NCBI GenBank assembly: GCA_032250835.1
Contig: JAVVEA010000006.1
Coordinates: 1-64,000, forward strand
Origin: a bacterium
Lineage (GTDB): Bacteria; SAR324; XYD2-FULL-50-16
Reading direction: 5' to 3'
DNA: 64,000 nt
The position numbers were made by a program, and so were the translations under genes. Shown one piece after another: positions 17,840 to 25,616 of the stretch. The notes beneath the pieces are model-generated. The model was not told where the DNA came from, ran no database searches, and was given only the letters and a program-made list of their open reading frames with translations. The stretch's first letter is position 1. Every line of letters starts with the position of its first letter.

Positions 17840-20773
17840 ATGAACCAGAAAGTTGACAAGCACGCTCAAGAGGTCCCCCAGTTCACCGACAGCAACCGGG
17901 AACCGATCAAAATGACCCATGTTCAGCACCCCGACGGGCGCATGAGCAGCTATCCCCCAGAAGAGCATTGGGACGATTGGGTTGAATACGACAGCCGTTC
18001 TTGGCCCAGAAAAGTGGCCAAAAACTACCGCTTGGTGCCGACCATCTGCTTTAACTGCGAGTCGGCCTGTGGTTTGATGGCCTACGTAGACAAAACCAAC
18101 TACGAGATCCGTAAATTCGAAGGCAACCCGGTGCACCCCGGCTCTCGTGGCCGCAACTGCGCCAAGGGCCCGGCGACCCATAACCAGATCTACGACCCCG
18201 AACGCATCCTTTATCCTTTAAAGCGCGTCGGTAAGCGCGGTGAAGGCAAATGGAAGCGGATCACCTGGGACGAGGCTTTAGACGAAATCTCGGAAAAAAT
18301 GCGCGAGTCCCGCAAGAAGCGGCTCGACGGTATTATGTACCACGTCGGCCGCCCTGGCGAGGACCACTACACCAACCGCGTGATCAAGGCTTGGGGCACC
18401 GACAGCCACAACAGCCACACCAACATCTGTTCGGCTGCGGCCCGCTCGGGTTATTTCCAGTGGTCCGGTTTCGACCGGCCCAGCCCGGACTACGCGGCGG
18501 CCAAGTGTATCCTGCTGATCAGCTCGCACCTAGAGACGGGCCATTATTTTAACCCCCACGCCCAGCGGATTATGGAAGGGGTGCAGAATGGGGCCAAGTT
18601 GATCACCATGGACCCACGGCTTTCGAACACTGCGTCCAAGTCGAGCACCTGGCTGCCCGCATGGCCCGGTTCAGAGCCGACCATCCTGCTGGCCATTGCC
18701 AACTTCTTGATCCAATCGGGCCGCTACGATAAAGACTTTGTGCGCCGCTGGGTTAACTGGGAAGAGACGCTGCAAGCCTTTGTGGGCACCTCGGCCGCCG
18801 AACTGGCCGAAAGTGACGAAGCCAAGGCGCTGCAAACGGCACTGAAGGGCAAAAAAGAGTTTGTCTTTGATGACTTCGACGCCTTCATGAAGGTCACCTA
18901 TGGTGAGTTTACCTTCGAGCGCGCCGCTAAGGAAAGCGAACTGCCCATTGAAAAAATCATCGAAGCCGCCGACGCGGTGGCCGACTGCAATGGCCGTTTG
19001 GCGACCCACGTTTGGCGCGCCGCCTCGATGGCCCACTTAGGTGGCTGGCAGGTAGCCCGGACCCTGTTGTTCTTAAACGTCTTGACCGGCTCGATCGGCA
19101 CCGAAGGCGGCACCAGTGGCAACAGCTGGAACAAGTTCGTACCCAAGCCCTTTAAGAGCCCCGGCGACTTTACGGCCTGGAACGAATTGCAGATGCCCCA
19201 CGAGTGGCCCATGAGCTTCTACGAGATGTCCTTTATCTTGCCGCACTTCTTAGAAGAAGGCCGCGGCGAGATCGACGTCTATTTCACGCGGGTCTACAAC
19301 CCCATGTGGATCAACCCTGATGGCTTTATGTGGCTCAAGGCCCTTAAAGACGAAGAGAAGATGAAGTGCCATGTCGCCTTGACCCCTACCTGGAACGAGT
19401 CGGCTTGGTTTGCGGACTACATCTTGCCGATGGGTCATTCCGGCGAGCGCCACGACTTGATGTCCCAAGAAACCCACCGGGGCAAATGGATTGGCTTCCG
19501 CCAGCCGGTCCGCCGGGTGGCCATGGAAAAAGACGGCCAGAAGATCCACCGCACCTATGAAGCCAACCCCGGCGAAGTCTGGGAAGAAGCAGAATGGTGG
19601 GTAGATGTGACTTGGCGGATGGACCCCGATGGTTCTTTGGGTATCCGCCAATGGGTGGAATCGACCCAAAATCCCGGCCAACCGGTAACCCAGGACGAAT
19701 ATTGGGGCTGGCTCTTTGAGAACAGCGTACCCGGTTTGCCTGCTAAAGCCAAGGAACAGGGCTTGAGCCCCTTGGAGTACATGCGCAAGTATGGCTGTTT
19801 CGAGATCGAACAAGACATCCTGACGCCTTACGAAAAGGGCGTGGACGATGCGGGCTGCAAGGTAGACGAGGCCGGGCGGATCAAAGACGCCGCTGGTGCC
19901 GTTAAGGGCGTGATGATCGACGGCCAGGCGAAAGCGGGCTTTAACACCCCTTCGAAGAAGTTGGAATTTTATAGCCCCACCATGCACCAATGGGGTTGGA
20001 CCGAGAAAGAATACACCATTCCCTGGCAGCTCAAGAGCCACGTCCACCAAGACGAGATCGACCGGAGCAAGGGCATGATGATCTTACTGCCCAACTTCCG
20101 TTTGCCCACGTTGATCCACACCCGCAGTGCCAACGCCAAGTGGCTTTATGAGATCAGCCACAACAACCCGCTTTGGATCCACCCGAGCGATGCTAAGCGC
20201 ATTGGGGTCAAGTCCGGCGAGTTGGTGCGGGTTGAGACCGAGATCGGCTACTTTGTGGATAAAGCCTTTGTGACCGAAGGGATCAAGCCCGGCGTGGTCG
20301 CTTGTTCGCACCACTTGGGCCGCTGGAAGCTGAACGAGTCGGGCCCCGGCCTAGGCTCTGGCTTTGCTTCGGTGGTGGACCTTAAAGAAGAGCCCAATGG
20401 CGAGTACCGCTTGAGCATCAAAAAGATGGGTGGGCCTTGGAAGTCTTGGGACCCCGACACCTCCCGGGTTTGGTGGGAAGATGTGGGGGTGAACCAAAAC
20501 CTAACCCATGCCGCCCAGCCGGACCCCGTTTCGGGCGCTCATTGCTGGCACCAGAAGGCCATGATGGTCAAAAAGGCGGAGGCCAGCGACTCCTATGGAG
20601 ACGTTTGGGTGGACACCAACAAGTCCATGGAAGTTTACCAGAAGTGGGTCGGTTTGACCCGCTCTTGCGTAGACCACAGCCCCGACGGCACCCGCCGTCC
20701 TATGTGGTTCAACCGCCCCTTGCACCCCACCAAGGAATCTTACAAGATCCCTGAAAAACCCTTCGGGCGCTGA
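17840..20773 (+). CDS. Mo-bisPGD oxidoreductase without signal peptide (Psr/Ttr/Sre/Soe-related)
   Basis: CFNCESAC...CAKG FS0 motif; HNSHTNICS Cys-ligand region; ADYILP; no twin-arginine motif. Confidence 0.85.
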   Translation: MNQKVDKHAQEVPQFTDSNREPIKMTHVQHPDGRMSSYPPEEHWDDWVEYDSRSWPRKVAKNYRLVPTICFNCESACGLMAYVDKTNYEIRKFEGNPVHPGSRGRNCAKGPATHNQIYDPERILYPLKRVGKRGEGKWKRITWDEALDEISEKMRESRKKRLDGIMYHVGRPGEDHYTNRVIKAWGTDSHNSHTNICSAAARSGYFQWSGFDRPSPDYAAAKCILLISSHLETGHYFNPHAQRIMEGVQNGAKLITMDPRLSNTASKSSTWLPAWPGSEPTILLAIANFLIQSGRYDKDFVRRWVNWEETLQAFVGTSAAELAESDEAKALQTALKGKKEFVFDDFDAFMKVTYGEFTFERAAKESELPIEKIIEAADAVADCNGRLATHVWRAASMAHLGGWQVARTLLFLNVLTGSIGTEGGTSGNSWNKFVPKPFKSPGDFTAWNELQMPHEWPMSFYEMSFILPHFLEEGRGEIDVYFTRVYNPMWINPDGFMWLKALKDEEKMKCHVALTPTWNESAWFADYILPMGHSGERHDLMSQETHRGKWIGFRQPVRRVAMEKDGQKIHRTYEANPGEVWEEAEWWVDVTWRMDPDGSLGIRQWVESTQNPGQPVTQDEYWGWLFENSVPGLPAKAKEQGLSPLEYMRKYGCFEIEQDILTPYEKGVDDAGCKVDEAGRIKDAAGAVKGVMIDGQAKAGFNTPSKKLEFYSPTMHQWGWTEKEYTIPWQLKSHVHQDEIDRSKGMMILLPNFRLPTLIHTRSANAKWLYEISHNNPLWIHPSDAKRIGVKSGELVRVETEIGYFVDKAFVTEGIKPGVVACSHHLGRWKLNESGPGLGSGFASVVDLKEEPNGEYRLSIKKMGGPWKSWDPDTSRVWWEDVGVNQNLTHAAQPDPVSGAHCWHQKAMMVKKAEASDSYGDVWVDTNKSMEVYQKWVGLTRSCVDHSPDGTRRPMWFNRPLHPTKESYKIPEKPFGR

Positions 20774-21669
20774 TGGATTTTGTGAGCCAAATCGGGGTCT
20801 TGGTGCCCATGCTGACCGGTGAGATGGGCCTCGCCCAGCTCACCGCAGTTCGCCAGCACGAGTCCTTAGGGCCCGCGCTGGCCAACCACTATGGCCATCG
20901 ACCCGACGCGGAGTTGCTCGACGAGCTGGGCGCGGACCACTACCACCTTTTCGGGCTGGAGGTCTTCCCCTATGCTTCGGTGTTCTTTAACGAGAATGCC
21001 CATATGGGGGGCGTTTTGCCCGGACAGGTTGCCGAATTTTACGCACTGCGCGGCTTAGAGCGGCCCAGCGAGCCGGACCATTTGGGCCGTGAGTTGGCGC
21101 TCTTGGCTAATCTGGTGGAAGCAGGCGACGAGAAGGCCACGGCCAGCTTCTTCTGGCGCTACCTGATGAGTTGGTACTTTCCCTTTGCCGAGGCCGTCAA
21201 AGCACTGCAACACCCCTTTTATAATGCCCTCTTCGACCAGCTCGAAAGCCTGCTGGCCGTCTTGGGAAGTCAATTAGAGCCGATCCCGGCCCAGATCGAA
21301 GAGCCCGAGGCCGAGCCTTTAGAAGCGCTGGACCAACAAGAAACGGGTATCGGCGACATCAGCGAGTTTTTGTTGGCCCCCCGCTTGGCGGGCTTCTTTT
21401 TGAGCCGCACGGCCCTAAAAGAAATGGGCGAACGGATCGACATGCCCACCGGCTTCGGCACCCGCAGCACCCTGCTACCGCAGATCTTTTACACCGCCGT
21501 AGACTACGACCGCCTCCCGGCGCTCTTAGAAGAACTAGACCGCATCGCCGCCGCACAGCAAGAACGGTACAATGCCTTGGCCCAAGGGTGGCCGGGGATG
21601 CTGGACTATTGGCTGGGCCGCGTAGCCGTGATCCGTGCGATGCTCTCTAAGATGAAGGCGGCGGTTTAG
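20773..21669 (+). CDS. TorD/DmsD-family maturation chaperone
   Basis: PYASVF and EPDHLGREL motifs; follows the Mo enzyme. Confidence 0.85.
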   Translation: MDFVSQIGVLVPMLTGEMGLAQLTAVRQHESLGPALANHYGHRPDAELLDELGADHYHLFGLEVFPYASVFFNENAHMGGVLPGQVAEFYALRGLERPSEPDHLGRELALLANLVEAGDEKATASFFWRYLMSWYFPFAEAVKALQHPFYNALFDQLESLLAVLGSQLEPIPAQIEEPEAEPLEALDQQETGIGDISEFLLAPRLAGFFLSRTALKEMGERIDMPTGFGTRSTLLPQIFYTAVDYDRLPALLEELDRIAAAQQERYNALAQGWPGMLDYWLGRVAVIRAMLSKMKAAV

Positions 21670-22053
21670 GCTTTTACGATTCAAAGCCAGTTTTTTCCAT
21701 ATTCCATAGCAACAATTTTGGATGTGCGGCATACAAATCTAAATCTATCATCATAGAATCATCCTCCTCGTAGAACCCTACTGGCTGCGCAACATTCGAA
21801 TTTTCCATGTTAGATTTAAATCGACACACTTCGTTATGGTACTGGGCGGCCCAAAAGTATTTCGAATAAGTTGAAGGGATGGCCTTAAAACTCCTTAAGC
21901 CAGCTTCAATTTGCAATCTGTGGGCAACGAGAGCCGTTTCAAGGGAACCTTCGTAACGAAAACTAAGATAATTCTAACCTTTGCAATATTCATAGCCTAG
22001 AAAAACACCTGGAAGCGCTGGATTTTGGGTGCCTTGCCCCGGTCTAGTCTAAC

Positions 22054-22140
22054 CTTGAGTACGCTTTCCACTCAAGGGGGCGCTGCCCCCTCGCGGCAGC
22101 TCCGCTGCCTTCTCCCCCGCCAAGGGCCGAAGGCCCCTGG
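22054..22140. repeat. REP/MITE-like cluster of short GC hairpins
   Basis: CTTGAGT/ACTCAAG, GGGGGC-GCT-GCCCCC, GGCAGC-TCC-GCTGCC, GGGCC-GAA-GGCCC in tandem. Confidence 0.45.
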
Positions 22141-22233
22141 ACCCCGCTAGTTTTGCCCTGATTAGAAGCCGGACCAACCGTTGGGCTAGACAAGTACTCT
22201 TTGGCCTTGTAGGCGAACCAGTTGAACAAGACC

Positions 22234-22986
22234 CTAACCCCAAACCAACTTGCGGGCCAGGAACAACACCGCTGTGCCCAGGATCAGCGCCATCAAACGC
22301 TGCATCCAGACCTTCGGCAGTTTGCCTGCGCCCCAGTAAGAACCAATGAACCCCCCGACCAGCACCGACAGCGCCAACGGCCAATAGGGCAGCAGGTCAA
22401 CCGGCTGGTGGGTCAATCGGGCCGTTAGGGCCGTCACCGAATTGACCCAGATGAAGACCGCCCCGGCTGCGGCGGCTTCCTTGGCATGGCCCAAACCTAA
22501 CAACAAGATCGCCGGGACCAGATAGACCCCCCCTCCATTGCCCAGCGCACCAGCCAACCAGCCCAGCAGCGCGCCCAAAGCCAGCTGCATAGGTAACTTG
22601 AGCCCCACCGGGGCTGGTTTAGGCTCCTGGCCCCCTTGCCGCAGCAGCAGAACCAACAAAACCGCCAGACTGACCAGCAGCAACCAGTAGAACCACTCCT
22701 CCGGCAAGGGGACGGCCCCGCCCCCATAAGCGAAAGGGATCGAAAGGGCTAATACCGGCAGAATCAACCGGGCCCGTAGGTGCCCCTGGCGGATGAAGTT
22801 GGTCGCCCCCATGCTGGTGACGATCAGATTCAACGCCAAGGTCAAAGCCGGAATCTCCAAGTAGCCATAACCCAAGATAGCCATCAAGGCTGTATAAGAC
22901 GAACCGCCCCCCATGCCCACCGAGCTATAGGCCAGGGCGATCAGGAAAAACAAGGCAGAGGTGAGGAGGAGTTGGCTTAGGTCCAT
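22234..22986 (-). CDS. tauE: TauE/SafE sulfite exporter family
   Basis: YSSVGMGGGSSY and GNGGGVYLVP repeats; ~8 TM helices. Confidence 0.9.
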   Translation of the reverse strand: MDLSQLLLTSALFFLIALAYSSVGMGGGSSYTALMAILGYGYLEIPALTLALNLIVTSMGATNFIRQGHLRARLILPVLALSIPFAYGGGAVPLPEEWFYWLLLVSLAVLLVLLLRQGGQEPKPAPVGLKLPMQLALGALLGWLAGALGNGGGVYLVPAILLLGLGHAKEAAAAGAVFIWVNSVTALTARLTHQPVDLLPYWPLALSVLVGGFIGSYWGAGKLPKVWMQRLMALILGTAVLFLARKLVWG

Positions 22987-23004
22987 GCTGGCCTGGATCG
23001 GGAA

Positions 23005-23044
23005 ATAAAAAAGGGGCCCCCGCCCAGAATAAGCGGAGGCCCCT
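23005..23044 (-). terminator. intrinsic terminator after the rhodanese gene
   Basis: GGGCC-CCGC/GCGG-GGCCC hairpin with A-run on + strand (U-run on - strand). Confidence 0.6.
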
Positions 23045-23072
23045 GAACGGACCTGATGGATGAACTAAAAAC

Positions 23073-23561
23073 CTAGTTCATGTCGTCGGGTACTGGGGAA
23101 TTTTTGCGTAAGGGATAGAAGAAGATGTCTAGCTCTTCTTCGGGCACTTCGCGGCCCCAGATGTTGTGTAGGGCATAGCCCGAGTCGAACATGCCGCGTA
23201 CGCCGCCTTTGAGGGATTTGACGTTTTTAAAGCCCATTAGCTGCAAGACATGGGCGGCCATTAAGCTACGGCGACCGCTGCGGCAGATCACGATCAATTC
23301 CTTTTCCCGGCCATCGGCCAACTCAGCCACCGTGTCTTCATAGCCATGGTCGGCGGCGGATTCTAAAATGCCGCGCGGGACCAGCATACTCCCCATCACG
23401 TGGGCCTTGCTGAACTCGCTTTCTTCGCGCACATCCACCACTAGGGTCCCTTCGGCGCGGCCTTCTAGCGCATGTTCTACTTCCCAAGGCAGGACCTCGA
23501 CCACTTGGTCACGGATCTCTGCTAAAAAATCATCAAAACTCTTGTGTCCCCGGTTTGTCAT
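23073..23561 (-). CDS. cytoplasmic single-domain rhodanese
   Basis: VVDVRE, VPRGILE, ICRSGRRS active loop, SLKGG. Confidence 0.92.
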   Translation of the reverse strand: MTNRGHKSFDDFLAEIRDQVVEVLPWEVEHALEGRAEGTLVVDVREESEFSKAHVMGSMLVPRGILESAADHGYEDTVAELADGREKELIVICRSGRRSLMAAHVLQLMGFKNVKSLKGGVRGMFDSGYALHNIWGREVPEEELDIFFYPLRKNSPVPDDMN

Positions 23562-23640
23562 CCGCTTCCTCCAATAGATGAAAAAGACTTAGTCCGGCAA
23601 AGACGCAGGGTGCCTTTGCCGGTAGCCAATCCTTGGCCCT

Positions 23641-25320
23641 TTAAGTCATGTCGATCATGGCACAGGGGCACTCATCGGCGCACTTCTTACAGCCGATGCA
23701 CTTGTCCCAAATAAAGGAATAGTGACCGCCTTTAGGCAGCTTCTTGATGGCACCATCGCCACAGTAGCTCCAGCAGGTATCGCAGTCGAAGCAGTCGCCG
23801 CAGCTCATGCACCGGCTAGCTTCAAAGAGCAATTGCTCTTGAGTGAAGCCGGTTAGGTAGCCTTCGAAGCTGTTCATGCGCTTCTCGGGAGCCTCAACGG
23901 TGATTTCGTTGCGCGGAGCCTCGGGGTAGAAGTCCAATTTCATGCTCTTGTAGCTGACCACGTTGGGCTTGCCCTCGGGCTTTAAGGTCTCGCCGCGCAA
24001 GAAGGCGTCGATCTCCAAAGCAGCCTTGCGGCCATCGCCAAAGGCGTCGGTGACTAAGCCTAAGCGACGGATGATGTCGCCACCGGCCCAAACCTTACCG
24101 CCTTCTTCTAAGCGGCCATGTTCTTGAACCTGGGTCCAACCGTTCTCGGATTTAGCTTCTTCGATGCCGGTGTAATCGGGGGCTTGGCTGATCGCGGCGA
24201 TCATCAAACCACAATCGACGGTCATCTCGGTGCCCGGTAATTCGGTCACGATGGGCCAGCCGTTTTCGTCTTTCTCGCCCATTTCCACTTGCAGGAACTG
24301 AACGCCGGTAACTTTGCCGTCAGCGGTTTGGATCACCTTGGGGGTGAAGCCGGCGTGTAATTCAACGCCTTCTTCGGCTCCTTCGCGGATTTCTTCTTCG
24401 GTGGCAGGCATCAGCTCGCGGGTTTCGCGGCAGACCATGATCACTTCTTTGGCACCCAAGCGGCGGCAGGTACGGGCTACGTCATAAGCGACGTCACCAC
24501 CACCGATCACCAAAACGCGCTCGGGCATTTCGGGGGCTTTGCCTAGGTTTTGGGCTAACAAGAATTCCACACCGGCCCAGGCGTTTTCTGAGTCCATGCC
24601 TTCTAAGGGTAGCTTGCGGCCCGTCTGGGCACCGATAGCTACATAGACGGCATCGTACTTGGACTTCAGGTCTGCCATGCTGATGTCTTTGCCGATGCGG
24701 GTGTTGGGCTTGTAGTCCACACCTAGGTCAAAGATCCGCTGGATTTCGGACTGCAACACCTCGCGGGGGAGGCGGTAGCTAGGGATACCCCAGCGCAACA
24801 TACCCCCGGCCTCGGGTCGCTCGTCAAAAAGCGTCACGCCATGACCCCGGCGGGCCAACTGGTAAGCTGCCGAAAGTCCGGCAGGGCCCGCGCCGATCAC
24901 GGCCACGTTTTTGCCACTCATTTCTTCGGTCAGTTTGGTCAAGGCCAACTGGTTGCCCAGGGCGAAGTCGCCAATGGCCATCTCGACCCGGTTGATCGAA
25001 ACGGGGGAATCCTTTTGGCCCCGGTTACAGCCGGACTCGCAAGGATGGGGGCAGACCCGGCCCATGGTGGCGGGCAGCGGGTTTTTGTCGGTCAGCCGCT
25101 CAAAGGCCATTTTGGTGGCCATCTCCTGGCTACGACCATATTCGTCGGCCTGGGCGATCAGCGTTAAATATCCCCGAATGTCCTCGCTACTGGGGCACGA
25201 GTCCGTACAGGGCGGGGTCTTGGTATTGTACAGCGGCAGCTGGCTGCTTTGTTTTTTCTTACCCACGCCAGGGGGCTGGGCGCGCACGGAGCGCTCGATT
25301 CTGCGAACTACGATAGGCAT
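23641..25320 (-). CDS. dsrL: DsrL iron-sulfur flavoprotein (NAD(P)H:acceptor oxidoreductase)
   Basis: PPCTDSCPSSEDIRGYL, GRVCPHPCESGCNR, GAGPAG, GGGDVA; C-terminal 2x[4Fe-4S] CMSCGDCFDCDTC/CIGCKKCADECPC; dsrEFH nearby. Confidence 0.85.
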   Translation of the reverse strand: MPIVVRRIERSVRAQPPGVGKKKQSSQLPLYNTKTPPCTDSCPSSEDIRGYLTLIAQADEYGRSQEMATKMAFERLTDKNPLPATMGRVCPHPCESGCNRGQKDSPVSINRVEMAIGDFALGNQLALTKLTEEMSGKNVAVIGAGPAGLSAAYQLARRGHGVTLFDERPEAGGMLRWGIPSYRLPREVLQSEIQRIFDLGVDYKPNTRIGKDISMADLKSKYDAVYVAIGAQTGRKLPLEGMDSENAWAGVEFLLAQNLGKAPEMPERVLVIGGGDVAYDVARTCRRLGAKEVIMVCRETRELMPATEEEIREGAEEGVELHAGFTPKVIQTADGKVTGVQFLQVEMGEKDENGWPIVTELPGTEMTVDCGLMIAAISQAPDYTGIEEAKSENGWTQVQEHGRLEEGGKVWAGGDIIRRLGLVTDAFGDGRKAALEIDAFLRGETLKPEGKPNVVSYKSMKLDFYPEAPRNEITVEAPEKRMNSFEGYLTGFTQEQLLFEASRCMSCGDCFDCDTCWSYCGDGAIKKLPKGGHYSFIWDKCIGCKKCADECPCAMIDMT

Positions 25321-25616
25321 TCTAATACCGGGTTCGGGTTCCTTCTTGTTTGCTCCGTTCGAGCAAACGGCTCGTTGTGACCGACTAAGGGCAAAATCAG
25401 CCCTAACTAATTGAAATTATGCCGTAAATTTTTCGGTATATTAGTATATCCATATGTCAATATATAACGCAATATTAAATCGAAACTTTTTTCATAGTCC
25501 CTTACAGGCGGCGCTAGTTTCTTAAAAACTATTTAAAAGACTAGCCTAGCCGGGACGCTGAACGCACCGTATAATAAAGCAGGTTGTACTCTGGTAACCC
25601 CTAACTTTAAAAGACC

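Noticed and set aside
19250-20050. 266-aa antisense ORF, and 276-aa ORF at 16254..17084
   Set aside because: Antisense shadows of strongly codon-biased genes
21674-21993. AT-rich 80-aa ORF with an out-of-frame upstream ATG
   Set aside because: No recognisable motif and a weak start; may be a gene remnant but cannot be supported
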